From Candidatus Thorarchaeota archaeon (GTDB taxonomy: Archaea > Asgardarchaeota > Thorarchaeia > Thorarchaeales > Thorarchaeaceae): a DNA stretch of 64,000 nucleotides. The stretch is from the NCBI GenBank assembly GCA_004524565.1, contig SDNZ01000001.1, forward strand, positions 12,455-76,454, read 5' to 3'. The position numbers and the translations under genes were made by a program. This document shows positions 17,436 through 27,200 of the stretch, piece by piece (position 1 is the stretch's first letter; every line of letters begins with the position of its first letter). The notes under the pieces were generated by a model, which did not search any database, had not been told where the DNA came from, and saw only the letters and a program-made list of their open reading frames with translations.

Positions 17436-18770
17436 TTATTTCTTACCAACTCCCTTATTCAATTGAACAATCTTCTGTAATGCAAATTCTTTCTCTTCAT
17501 CATTTCCAGTAATTGTGATTGATTGTGGTGAGGATGTAATTATCATAGTGTTTGTAGAGAGAAAGTCCCTGTGAACCATTTTATAATTCAATTCAGATGA
17601 TGGCCAAACAATTGTAAATACCTCGTCATTATCTAATGCTAGAGGACGAATTGTATCTACTATTCCAGATTCTAATGCTATACGCCCGACTTCAGGGAGA
17701 ATCTCAGATTTACAGCCAGTCAGTTTGACTGTTGTGGTGGTGGTGGTGGAGTCGCCTTGTAGGTTTGATTCAAGACGCTGAACTGTTGCAATAACAGCTT
17801 TATGATATTCCATTTGACTGTCAATCAGAGATCGCAACGCTCTACCACGGTCTCCTAGTAGCACACCAATAAGCGCCCCCGGTTCATTTTGAGCCCATGC
17901 AGTCTTGGCCATTGTTTCAATTCCCGAAACAATTCTTATCGGACTGGTTTCACGTTCCAAAGTCAGAATATTATCAGGGCCCATTAAACGGGAGAAAACA
18001 GTAGTATCTAGTCGTGTAATTAAGACTGATGTAAGTCGTTGTGCCTCAGCGGTGCTTAGATTACCTAGAGGTGTCCTAAGTTTAGGGATAGGGATTTCAG
18101 CCTCGTTCAATATCGCATCACACACTTTTTGGTCCCCACTTATTGTTGCCAAGTAAGGGTGTGTGCTGTAAAGGAGAGCTTCATCTAATGGGAGCATGGT
18201 CACTCCAAAGAGCTTGAATCCCTTTCGTTCTTCAATCAATCCTTTATTTTGAGCTAGGTCTATGATATCTTTGTTTGCGCCTTTCTGGGATTCATTCATA
18301 CCACTATTGAGTAGAGCACCTGCAGCCGCAAATTGAAGATTGTAATCATTCAAATCAATCAGAGATTGTGCAAACACATACCCTGCTGCTGTCACTGTAG
18401 AATCAGTTCCTAGGGTAAGTGAATTGACTTGTTCTAACTCAGAAGTGCCACCAATAAAAAGAGGATACCCTTTCCCTTTCTTGATTCTCTGTTTACCAAG
18501 GGCATCAATACCAACCAAAATGATTGAGGATGATTCGAACTTTTCTTTCAATGCATTGATAGTTTCAATTGGTACAACTGGTTGTGAGAATGAGATGTGG
18601 AAGAGAGCCCCTGTTCTCGAAATCGCATGAGAGATGATTGCACTAGCTATTGCTGCTTCGGGAGATGGAGAAGTCAATAGTACATTCTGATTGCCTATCT
18701 GGAAATTGCTACTTGTACAAGCCTTCTCCAAAGTCTTTAGGGAAGGTAGTTTCTTTGCTGTCATGCTCAT
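17436..18770 (-). CDS. DHH-superfamily RecJ/Cdc45-like protein. The catalytic motifs appear degenerate.
   Basis: 444 aa. 'VLLTSPSPEAAIASAIISHAI' sits where DHH motif I (H.D.DG..S..L) would be, with acidic residues replaced. 'IILVGIDALG' sits where motifs II/III (..D / DHH) would be. No GGGH motif was recognised. Confidence 0.4.
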   Translation of the reverse strand: MSMTAKKLPSLKTLEKACTSSNFQIGNQNVLLTSPSPEAAIASAIISHAISRTGALFHISFSQPVVPIETINALKEKFESSSIILVGIDALGKQRIKKGKGYPLFIGGTSELEQVNSLTLGTDSTVTAAGYVFAQSLIDLNDYNLQFAAAGALLNSGMNESQKGANKDIIDLAQNKGLIEERKGFKLFGVTMLPLDEALLYSTHPYLATISGDQKVCDAILNEAEIPIPKLRTPLGNLSTAEAQRLTSVLITRLDTTVFSRLMGPDNILTLERETSPIRIVSGIETMAKTAWAQNEPGALIGVLLGDRGRALRSLIDSQMEYHKAVIATVQRLESNLQGDSTTTTTTVKLTGCKSEILPEVGRIALESGIVDTIRPLALDNDEVFTIVWPSSELNYKMVHRDFLSTNTMIITSSPQSITITGNDEEKEFALQKIVQLNKGVGKK

Positions 18771-18805
18771 CTCAAAGGAGATGATGAGCGTTAGGCATGA
18801 TAAAA

Positions 18806-19267
18806 CTATCTTAAGAGAATAGCAGCTTGGTCAGGACTGTATTTCCAATCAGCAGGAAGAACTCTCGTTTTACGGTAGTACTTTGAGAGTCTGTGGATTT
18901 TACTTTCAACAAGCTGAAGTCCACGTTTTGATGAAAAATCCTTCTTGTTTTCTTCAAGATGTCTTCGAATAGTTGCTGCCTTGGCAATCATATTTCTCAA
19001 ATCTTCTGGAACGTTTCTTTGCAGGTCATTTTCACGAATAATATCCATTACTTTCTTACCCGCAAGTACTTTCACAAGAGGAACTCCATATTGATCTCGG
19101 AGAATCATACCAATCATAGAGGGAGTATTTCCAGTCTTAGCTAATTCAACTACCTTTTCCTCCACCCACTTAGCGTCCTTATCTTTATCCATCCATTCAG
19201 GCACGCGCAGTGTTGAAGGGCGATTGCTACCAGATTGGCCCTTGCGTCGTGTGTGCATTCTTGCCAT
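18806..19267 (-). CDS. rps15: Ribosomal protein S15 (uS15 / S13e).
   Basis: 'MARMHTRRKGQSGSNRPS...' N-terminus and a C-terminal S15 helical domain. The ORF-track start lies 17 codons upstream. Confidence 0.8.
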   Translation of the reverse strand: MARMHTRRKGQSGSNRPSTLRVPEWMDKDKDAKWVEEKVVELAKTGNTPSMIGMILRDQYGVPLVKVLAGKKVMDIIRENDLQRNVPEDLRNMIAKAATIRRHLEENKKDFSSKRGLQLVESKIHRLSKYYRKTRVLPADWKYSPDQAAILLR

Positions 19268-19357
19268 CGGAACTACCTCTAGATTATCTATTTCCCCAAA
19301 AGTATGGGTCTGCCCCACGGCCTAAGGCTGTTGATATAAAGATTGCCTTGTGGAGAA

Positions 19358-19984
19358 CTAATGATATCTTCCACGTTCGCGAATTTCTTCCATACGAGCG
19401 AGCGCGTCCTTAGCTTCCTCACCTATGGTATCTGAATACCCTTTGATTGTGGCTTCAAGCATACATTCCTGTAAATCCCAATGAGTAGTTTCAAGAGCTC
19501 GATGGATTAGATGTAAATCCACGCCTTTCATTTCAACTGTAGCATTCATCTCTGAAAGCCCAAAGTCTACCAGCCAGAGTTTGGATTTTGAATCGATGAT
19601 GACATTGCTAGTTGTAGGGTCTCCATGAACCACATCGCCCTGGTGCAATAATGCAATTGAAGTACCAAATTCAGAACAGAATTTCTTCAACTGATTTTTC
19701 GGAAGAGAATTGGCTATCTGTTTGAACTGTGAACCTTCTATGTAGTCCATTAGGATTGTATAATCATCCAAATCAACGGCGTAAACTGCTGGTGTAGACA
19801 CTCCCAGAGCCCGAGCTACTGACAGCATCTTGCATTCTCTACTTGTTCTTGTTTTTCTAAGCTGTGAGTCAATATCCCTGAAGAGATATGGTTTTGATTG
19901 ACGCCATTTCAAAACAAAGATTCGATTCCATCTCTCAGTCTTTAGAATAATCGACTCGGCGCCTCGGGCAATGATTTCCTCCAT
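19358..19984 (-). CDS. bud32: KEOPS kinase Bud32 (PRPK).
   Basis: 208-aa atypical kinase. 'GAESIILK', 'HGDPTTSNVI' (HGDLT-like catalytic loop), 'LVDFGLS'. Immediately downstream of kae1. Confidence 0.75.
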   Translation of the reverse strand: MEEIIARGAESIILKTERWNRIFVLKWRQSKPYLFRDIDSQLRKTRTSRECKMLSVARALGVSTPAVYAVDLDDYTILMDYIEGSQFKQIANSLPKNQLKKFCSEFGTSIALLHQGDVVHGDPTTSNVIIDSKSKLWLVDFGLSEMNATVEMKGVDLHLIHRALETTHWDLQECMLEATIKGYSDTIGEEAKDALARMEEIRERGRYH

Positions 19985-19986
19985 TT

Positions 19987-20982
19987 TTATGCCCTCCAGA
20001 GAATATCTTGTTCATCAGTGCGCCATTTGGGAAGAACATGAGAATTACTGATTCCGATTGTATGACCTGCCTTGAATTGCAGTATTCCATTCCATGCTAT
20101 CATAGCTCCTTGATCCCCTGCCAAAGAGGGAGAAACTCTATGGAATTTGGTACTATGTCTTTCTGAAACTCCTTTGAGTATCTCTGTAAGTCGATTGTTT
20201 CGGGCTACACCACCAGTTAGCAGAAGTTCTTGTTTTTTGGTGTGAGCAATAGCCCGTTCTGCAATTTCTGCGAGCATACCAAAAGCAGTTTCTTGAACAC
20301 TGAAACAGATATCAGGAATAGGAACACCTTCGGAGAAAAGCTTCTTTGCTGCTGTCAGCATTCCTGAATAGCTCAAATCCATTCCCTTAACTGAATAAGG
20401 TAGATTGTGAAAATTAGACCCTTCATTTGCAAGTTTTTCAATAATGGGTCCAGCAGGGAATCCCATACCGAGTTCCCGTCCTAAAACATCCAACATGTTG
20501 CCAATTGCAATATCCAGTGTTTCACCAAATGTCCGAAATCGACCTCCAGCAAAAGCTATTACTTGGCTATTTCCACCAGAAACATACACTGTGACAGGAT
20601 CGTTGAACTCAGATTCAAGACATCCTATTTCTATGTGCGCGACACAATGATTAACATCTACAAGTGGTACATCAAGCTTTAATGCTAAAGTTCGAGCCAT
20701 AGTAGCGGTAGTTCTTAGGCAGGGACCTAGGCCAGGACCACGAGAAAATGCTATCAGATTGATATCACTGAAATTGATTCCAGCTTTCTCTATTGCAGTA
20801 AGGATTATTTTAGGGCCGAGATCAGAATGGTGCCTACTAGCCTCTCGCGGATGAATCCCTCCCTGTTCTGGCTTTAGCATATCCCATTCATTTGAAAGTA
20901 CTTTACCTTCGTCTGTAACAACTCCTGCACCAAAAGAATGAGCAGTTCCTTCAAGTCCCAGACAAAATAGTACCATTATCAT
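19987..20982 (-). CDS. kae1: Kae1, tRNA N6-adenosine threonylcarbamoyltransferase (KEOPS).
   Basis: 'VLGLEGTAHSFGAGVV', 'HCVAHIE' and 'VSGGNSQ' are ASKHA-fold Kae1/TsaD motifs. Confidence 0.9.
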   Translation of the reverse strand: MIMVLFCLGLEGTAHSFGAGVVTDEGKVLSNEWDMLKPEQGGIHPREASRHHSDLGPKIILTAIEKAGINFSDINLIAFSRGPGLGPCLRTTATMARTLALKLDVPLVDVNHCVAHIEIGCLESEFNDPVTVYVSGGNSQVIAFAGGRFRTFGETLDIAIGNMLDVLGRELGMGFPAGPIIEKLANEGSNFHNLPYSVKGMDLSYSGMLTAAKKLFSEGVPIPDICFSVQETAFGMLAEIAERAIAHTKKQELLLTGGVARNNRLTEILKGVSERHSTKFHRVSPSLAGDQGAMIAWNGILQFKAGHTIGISNSHVLPKWRTDEQDILWRA

Positions 20983-21123
20983 TACCTTCTATCACTAGTA
21001 TCGGTCGATTGATTTTCTAAGGGGAGCAAGTTGCCATTTCAAATTGACTCTTTCGCTCAAGCCATAATGGAAACTTCGTGTAGCAAAGGCTTTATAATAC
21101 TCATAAATGGCCTCTTTTGAGAG

Positions 21124-21360
21124 GTGCATCCTGTGTCCGAGAAATTACCTATCAAAGCTCTTGAACAACAACTAAATGATGTTATTTCTGTCAAGTTGAA
21201 AGACCAGAGAATATTCCGGGGACACTTGACAAGATGTGATATGTACATGAATCTTACACTTGCTGATGCAGAAGAGCTTGAAAGTGATGAGGTAAAGTCC
21301 AAGTACGGTCAGATCTTAATCAGAGGGAACAACATCCTTTGGATTCAGATTCCAGAGTAG
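21124..21360 (+). CDS. Sm-like (LSm/SmAP) protein.
   Basis: 78 aa. 'VKLKDQRIFRGHLTRCDMYMNLTLADAEE' (Sm1) and 'GQILIRGNNILWI' (Sm2). Confidence 0.7.
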   Translation: MHPVSEKLPIKALEQQLNDVISVKLKDQRIFRGHLTRCDMYMNLTLADAEELESDEVKSKYGQILIRGNNILWIQIPE

Positions 21361-21363
21361 GTA

Positions 21364-23403
21364 TTAGCGTTCAATTTCTCTGCGATATTTTTCCACTAAC
21401 TCTACTAATTGTTCCTCACCCTTCACTCGAGCTTGTTCACGCACCTCTTTGATGAATACTTGGAATATCTTGTCAAACTTTTTACGACTGATAAATGCAA
21501 ATTCATCGACTCGTTGGAGTTCGACATCTTTTGCTTCAATAACAGGAATCAGTGCTTTTACCAATTTGTCTTGAGAGAGGTGTGATAGAGGTGTATCAAT
21601 GACCAGCGCACGTATCTCTCGTTCAATGAGCATTCCTGCTGTTTGAGGACCTCCTCCTGAGGCATCTTCAAACAGGACAATATCCCCGTGTTTTAGACCG
21701 ACTTTCTTGTTGTACTCTTCGATGCTCTCTCGAGTGAATTGAGGTATAACTTTGACAGCAAGCATATCTCCACGCATTTCAAGATGCTTTACACCTTTTA
21801 GTAGTTCAAGTCTAGATTTCAATATCTTCATCTGTTTCTTGAGATCATCAGCTTCACGTTGTGCTTTCTTCAGAGCTGATTTTGATTTCTCAAGTTCTCT
21901 ATCACGTTTTATCTTCCAGAAATTTTCTTGATTAACAATATCTAGACTATCAGATAGTTCACTTTCACGGAATTTGAGAAATTCGATAAAACGCTGGAGG
22001 TCATCCACTTTGTCAAGAAGATGCCGGTTATCAAGAGATAACTGCTCGGTCTTGGCCCAGAGTGTGTCAAAACGTTCTTGGGTCAGCTCTTCTTCTGGTT
22101 GGGCTTGGACTTCAGGAATAACTTCAGGTATTTCAGAGTCCACACGTTCCAGAGTTGCCCGAGCTTCATTGATTGAAGTGCCTTTAACCACTAGAGCTTT
22201 CAAATGGTTTCGGTCTATCTGAAGCTGTTCTTCTCGAACCATACGGTCTATTTGCTGTAATTTTGATTGAATTGACCTAAATGCAAATACAGCTGCGGTT
22301 AAAGCGTCACGTTCATGTGCATTACGAATTCTGACATCACCAGAATATTCTCTAGCTAATTCTTGCTTTTCTGATACTGGGATGGGTTTTTGTGGTGTGT
22401 ATACAGCAGCATTGACAGTACTGGCGATTTTTTCTATGAAATGTGGTATTTGGGGTACATCAGAAGCAATCATAACAGGTATACCTTTTTGGTAAACCTC
22501 TCTAATCATGTCAGCCCTAGTGAGACCTTTTCCACTTCTTAGTAGCAACACTTTACCATCTAAAGAGAGTAGACAATAGGCCGCTGTTGTCCCAGGATCC
22601 ACTCCAAGTATGAAATATCTGGTTTTTGTACTGGTCGGTATTGGTTTAGGTTCAAGAGGGAGAAATTCTACTCGTTTTCTAACTGGGGAGATTAGGACTT
22701 TCCAATCACCGCTTTTCTTTGATTCAACTAGACTTTGAATAGCTGGAAGTGGTGCATTGGTCACCAGACGAGCACTCGAATATCCAAAATCGGATGTCCG
22801 TACGTCGATATCATAATCTATTTCTGCTTCCTTCAGCTGGGATTCTATGAAACGTGTCATCTGCTGAATCTCTGAATGGATTCTTCGACGATATCGGTTA
22901 GCACTCTGACCACCGCGTCCTGGCTTTTTTCCTCGGGATATTTTGATCTCACTTTGCTCACTAAAACATTCCAGAGAGTGACCTACTCCTCTTGATGCGA
23001 GCTGTGCTGCAATACGGGCTGATTCTAGCGCATTTGGTTTACCTCTAACATTAAGACCATGACGTCTAGCTAGAATTTTGAGAGCTATTTGACGTGGGGG
23101 AACCCCAGTTACCTGAACTATCCTTGTTTCAGGGGGAATTCTATCAACTAAACGAAATAATGACTTATTATCAGGGACAATTTCAAAGATATTGTCAGTA
23201 CAGAGCCATTTTGGACTAATTTCTCGAGTGAGTTTCAGTAGCGCTCCTCTGGATATTTCAGGATGTTCGCTGAGTATCATTCCATCACGCATTATCACGC
23301 ATGCAAACTTTGGAGTTTTTTTCGATTTTGGACTATGTGCTGGTAGAATATCAAAACCAATTATGAATACATCTTCATTATCATTGTCCATTCGATTCAG
23401 CAC
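21364..23403 (-). CDS. Large conserved archaeal protein with two RuvC/YqgF-like (RNase H-fold) N-terminal modules and a long coiled-coil. DUF460-like.
   Basis: 679 aa. 'VFIIGFDILP' and 'RYFILGVDPGTTAAYCLLSLDG' resemble resolvase-like N-termini. The central ~150 aa are highly charged with heptad periodicity. Confidence 0.4.
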   Translation of the reverse strand: MLNRMDNDNEDVFIIGFDILPAHSPKSKKTPKFACVIMRDGMILSEHPEISRGALLKLTREISPKWLCTDNIFEIVPDNKSLFRLVDRIPPETRIVQVTGVPPRQIALKILARRHGLNVRGKPNALESARIAAQLASRGVGHSLECFSEQSEIKISRGKKPGRGGQSANRYRRRIHSEIQQMTRFIESQLKEAEIDYDIDVRTSDFGYSSARLVTNAPLPAIQSLVESKKSGDWKVLISPVRKRVEFLPLEPKPIPTSTKTRYFILGVDPGTTAAYCLLSLDGKVLLLRSGKGLTRADMIREVYQKGIPVMIASDVPQIPHFIEKIASTVNAAVYTPQKPIPVSEKQELAREYSGDVRIRNAHERDALTAAVFAFRSIQSKLQQIDRMVREEQLQIDRNHLKALVVKGTSINEARATLERVDSEIPEVIPEVQAQPEEELTQERFDTLWAKTEQLSLDNRHLLDKVDDLQRFIEFLKFRESELSDSLDIVNQENFWKIKRDRELEKSKSALKKAQREADDLKKQMKILKSRLELLKGVKHLEMRGDMLAVKVIPQFTRESIEEYNKKVGLKHGDIVLFEDASGGGPQTAGMLIEREIRALVIDTPLSHLSQDKLVKALIPVIEAKDVELQRVDEFAFISRKKFDKIFQVFIKEVREQARVKGEEQLVELVEKYRREIER

Positions 23404-23534
23404 TCACTCAATTAGAAAATATCGTGACTGGCTATCAAGCTATTTGTCTAGCTATTGGGCGGTAGAATATTATACTCCCCAAACAACAAGTATAATAAAG
23501 ACGCGCTTGAGCAAAACGCCAACACTCTCTCGAG

Positions 23535-23825
23535 GTGCAACAACTGTCCGAACAACTTCAAATTGATAACAAAGATGCAATACTTAAGATTGGACGCGCC
23601 CTATCATCTGGTACACGACTCAAAATTCTACAACTTCTTCTTCAAGGAGAAAAAGATGTAACCCGCGTAGCTCGTCACCTTGGTGGAACAGAGGCTAATG
23701 CAAGTGCTCAAATCAAAATCTTGTATGAGGCTGGGTTGTTAGAATGCCGATATGAACCAGGTCAGCATGGTCTGAAAAAGATTTCAAAGACAAAAGTGAA
23801 ACGTATCACAATTGACTTCGAATGA
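23535..23825 (+). CDS. ArsR-family winged-helix transcriptional regulator.
   Basis: 'LSSGTRLKILQLLLQGEKDVTRVARHLGGTEANASAQIKILYEAGLL'. Confidence 0.6.
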   Translation: MQQLSEQLQIDNKDAILKIGRALSSGTRLKILQLLLQGEKDVTRVARHLGGTEANASAQIKILYEAGLLECRYEPGQHGLKKISKTKVKRITIDFE

Positions 23826-23841
23826 ATTTATAATATGTAAT

Positions 23842-24486
23842 CTATTCTGCTGGAGAGCTTGAATAACTAACAAGATGAGCTTTCCAGCGGCGTATCCTTT
23901 TCAGAATATTATCGCGCTCCTCAGTCCTGATTCCTCGTTGACCTCTAGCCTTCAGGAAATTCAATACTATGTCCATGTCGCGCGAAACCTTCTCTTTTCT
24001 CGCATCATCATCAATAAGATAATCTTTAGCAGTTTCAAGATATTCAAGAATTATATCCGCAGTTGCTTCTCCAGTCCTCAATTCACGAGCAATAGGATCC
24101 AGAACTCTATTGACTTTAGCATTTGATGAACTTGGATCTGAGGACTCTGTTGTTGAACTTGTGTTCTCCTCTTCTTCTACCACATCATTAAGGGGTGGTT
24201 CTTCGGAGGGAGTTGTATCAATAGGGTCCTCCGGGATAGAAACCGAAGCGGTTGATGTTTTAACTTCATCAATAGCTTGTTTTACCTTGGAAAAAAGAGG
24301 TACAATAGAGGGTGATAAATCAGAGGGGAGTTCAGTAACAAGATTGAGTCGTTCTCTTAATTCTCGTAACTGGTCAAAGAGCTCAACTAGACCGGACTGC
24401 ATAAGTTCAATCAATTGGCGGATATCATTCAATTCATCATCATTCAAGGACATAAAGCCCCCAGAGAGTGTCACTAAGCATTCCAA
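23842..24486 (-). CDS. Acidic hypothetical protein, co-directional with and immediately downstream of herA.
   Basis: 214 aa. Helical N- and C-terminal segments flank a Ser/Glu/Pro-rich acidic linker. No family was recognised. Confidence 0.35.
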   Translation of the reverse strand: MECLVTLSGGFMSLNDDELNDIRQLIELMQSGLVELFDQLRELRERLNLVTELPSDLSPSIVPLFSKVKQAIDEVKTSTASVSIPEDPIDTTPSEEPPLNDVVEEEENTSSTTESSDPSSSNAKVNRVLDPIARELRTGEATADIILEYLETAKDYLIDDDARKEKVSRDMDIVLNFLKARGQRGIRTEERDNILKRIRRWKAHLVSYSSSPAE

Positions 24487-24519
24487 TTTATGGTCTTATC
24501 AGGATTGTGGGGAGGGCCT

Positions 24520-26034
24520 TCATTTATCGGCTTTTTTCACTGCATCGGTAAGGCTCAAAGAGAGTCCAGTTGGCTCATACTTACGCTGCCGTATTTTGAC
24601 AAATGTTGGAACAGACACAGTTTCTCCCACGAATAGAGCTTCTCCAATCTCAAGTGTAGTGATCGCGTCAAGTGATGAACGATCAATACCTTCGCTTGAT
24701 TTACCAATGTGGTCTAAATCATAGGGATTAGTACATCGTAGGATAGCTTGATTGCTGCATTGACTAAGGACTGTAGTTGATAGTTTAACAGGTCTCTGGG
24801 ATATGAGACATAGAAGTGCGTGGAATTTTCTTCCTTCTCTAGCTATAGTTTCAATGCGACTCTTGGGAAGAGCCAATTCATGGCGGCTCTCTGGGCAGAA
24901 CTGATGGGCTTCCTCTAGTATCAGTAATACAGGAGGAATTTCGTTTCTTCTTCTAAGGTAGAGGAGTTCGCTTGCCAAGTGAGCTACAACAATCTGTTTC
25001 TTCTTCAGACTGATGAAGTCACTAAGATCAATCAATGTGATTTTTCCTGGTTTTACTATGCCCTTTATATCTGGAACAGAACCCTTTCCGAAAAGATTCG
25101 TGTCTTCAAGGTTGATTAACCATCCAATAAGTGCCTCTCTTGTGTTCTTACTGATAGTTTCATCATCTTTTACTCGGTTAACAACATCAGTCAGTGTGTA
25201 CCCATTTTTCATTGTACTACGCATTTCAGAAATGACTCGTCGGAGATCTCGGACTTGAATTGAACTCATGTCAGCCACAAGAGACCCTATCGTTTCAGCA
25301 GCAAGTGACTGAACAGGAATCTGGATATGAGAACCTCTGATATGTTCAACTTCGAACTCGTCATCAGAGAGACCGAGGTCTTTAGGTTTAATATCCTTCA
25401 GATAGCTATACTCACCATGGACATCGACAACCACAACTGCAAGACGGCCTTGTTCCTTCTTCCGTGAAAGAAGTTCTTCAAGTAATACTGAAATGAAATA
25501 TGATTTTCCAGCTCCACTCATTGCCAAGATTGCTAGATGTTTTGATAGTAATCGGTTGATTGAGGGTGTGAATTCAAGGCTCTGATAGGCAAGAGTGCCA
25601 AGACGAAGGCCTTCTTTGTTATCAAGTCTGAGAAATGCAGCCAAAGTGTCTTCATCAATCCTTCTCACAACTGCACCTGGTGATACCGCAAAGTATGGTC
25701 GTGCAGTCTGATTCTCAACCCATAGTCCCAGTACTCGTGCCTTTCCAACTGTGTATTGCCATCTATCAGTTGGAAAGATAGTACGTAATGGTTCTCCTCT
25801 TGATTGGTATTCTCTAACAGCTTCAGCATGTTGGTAGTATCGATTGGTGCGGAGCAAATCCTGAACTCGTGCGATTACTATTCCGTTATCAGTCACAACT
25901 GACACAAATTCTCCACGTCTAGCAACTATCTCTTTTGGACCGCCTTCTAACACAAAAGAAAATTCCATTACATTGGGTCCTTTGTCTGTGCTGACAACTG
26001 TTCCGAGTCTAGCTGGTGATTCGTATTCTGACAA
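24520..26034 (-). CDS. herA: HerA-type FtsK/HerA-superfamily ATPase (DNA end-resection helicase).
   Basis: 'AILAMSGAGKSYF' Walker A, 'VVVVDVHGEY' and 'LILEEAHQF' Walker B. 504 aa. 2 nt downstream of nurA. Confidence 0.8.
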   Translation of the reverse strand: MSEYESPARLGTVVSTDKGPNVMEFSFVLEGGPKEIVARRGEFVSVVTDNGIVIARVQDLLRTNRYYQHAEAVREYQSRGEPLRTIFPTDRWQYTVGKARVLGLWVENQTARPYFAVSPGAVVRRIDEDTLAAFLRLDNKEGLRLGTLAYQSLEFTPSINRLLSKHLAILAMSGAGKSYFISVLLEELLSRKKEQGRLAVVVVDVHGEYSYLKDIKPKDLGLSDDEFEVEHIRGSHIQIPVQSLAAETIGSLVADMSSIQVRDLRRVISEMRSTMKNGYTLTDVVNRVKDDETISKNTREALIGWLINLEDTNLFGKGSVPDIKGIVKPGKITLIDLSDFISLKKKQIVVAHLASELLYLRRRNEIPPVLLILEEAHQFCPESRHELALPKSRIETIAREGRKFHALLCLISQRPVKLSTTVLSQCSNQAILRCTNPYDLDHIGKSSEGIDRSSLDAITTLEIGEALFVGETVSVPTFVKIRQRKYEPTGLSLSLTDAVKKADK

Positions 26035-26036
26035 GA

Positions 26037-27200
26037 TTATCCTCCTCCAAAGGGATTTCTGGACCGTCTCTTCTCAAGAGAGGTATATGTTAAGCCTGAG
26101 AGTGCCATTAATCGATCTACAATGAGCTGTGTTTCATTCATTGTTATTTTGGCTCTCGTATCAGCCTCAAGAATGGGTGTTGGAATACCATATTCCGGGT
26201 GCTGCCAAGAGAGTGGAAGTATAGCAGCCAGTGCTCGATCCACCTTCCATATGTCTTCTGGGTTTCCATCAGTTAGGATTTCAATCCGCAGTGGAAGATC
26301 ATCGCTAGCAGTCTTTAGGTATGTGACCCATATTGATGATGCCCAACTGGCAAGTTCTTCAGAAAGGGAGTTCGAGTTGGGTTGCAACTCAGATGAATAT
26401 TTGAAGATGAATGAACGCTCGCCCTCTTGCAGATAAGTATCAAGGATATCACAATCTCTTGATATTTTTAAAAGCCAACGATAATCAACACCCTGCATCA
26501 GTTCAAAGACTGCTGGTTTTCTGATAAGATGTGGAAGAATGTCTCCGAGGAGATTGGTGACTCTATTAGATTTGCTGTCTTTAACAATCCCAACTAGGGT
26601 AGTACCTTTTTTACGAGCCTTGTTGTATAGCTGTTTATACAGTGCTAGAACTTCTTGGAATTTCTCAAAAACAATAGATCCGCTTTGAGGGCGGTCTCTT
26701 GGATGATAGAAGAGAGAGCCATCGACTAAAATGAGGTCTGCGTGAAATTCTTCGAGAACTGCGAGAGTTACCCGAAGTTCGATTGCCACACGCTCTAGTG
26801 ACGCAAGTTGATCTAATTCTGCGCCAGCAAGAGTTAGCATCATTGGTCTAATCTGGGGTTCTGGAAATGGATCTGGATAGAATTCTACATTGGGACCTTC
26901 CTCAGGTCCAAATTGGAAAATGACTGCGATACCTCTTGTTAAAAGAAGATCCATAGACCGAAAGCGTCGGCGAACTAAGCCACCGTCTATACCTGCAATT
27001 CTAAGACCAGCAAGACTCGTGGGTGCTATTTTTTTGGTGAAATCATCTTCAATGATGCTTGATGCAATTCCCGGAAACTTGGTCAGATGTATTGTACCTT
27101 TGATGTGTTCCATAACTTTACCAAACTGATTCTTTGTTGTCTCGATTCGCTCTATCTCTTCAACAAGTTGCGATAGGAGCATGTCGAGATTCTTGTCCAC
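26037..27200 (-). CDS. nurA: NurA 5'-3' nuclease.
   Basis: 'IAGIDGG', the NurA catalytic Asp motif. 387 aa. Immediately upstream of herA. Confidence 0.7.
   Translation of the reverse strand: MDKNLDMLLSQLVEEIERIETTKNQFGKVMEHIKGTIHLTKFPGIASSIIEDDFTKKIAPTSLAGLRIAGIDGGLVRRRFRSMDLLLTRGIAVIFQFGPEEGPNVEFYPDPFPEPQIRPMMLTLAGAELDQLASLERVAIELRVTLAVLEEFHADLILVDGSLFYHPRDRPQSGSIVFEKFQEVLALYKQLYNKARKKGTTLVGIVKDSKSNRVTNLLGDILPHLIRKPAVFELMQGVDYRWLLKISRDCDILDTYLQEGERSFIFKYSSELQPNSNSLSEELASWASSIWVTYLKTASDDLPLRIEILTDGNPEDIWKVDRALAAILPLSWQHPEYGIPTPILEADTRAKITMNETQLIVDRLMALSGLTYTSLEKRRSRNPFGGG

Noticed and set aside
21057-21302. 81-aa minus-strand ORF overlapping the Sm-like gene.
   Set aside because: It lies entirely antisense to a well-supported Sm gene with canonical Sm1/Sm2 motifs. 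Its sequence is low-complexity and Ser-rich. It is likely spurious.
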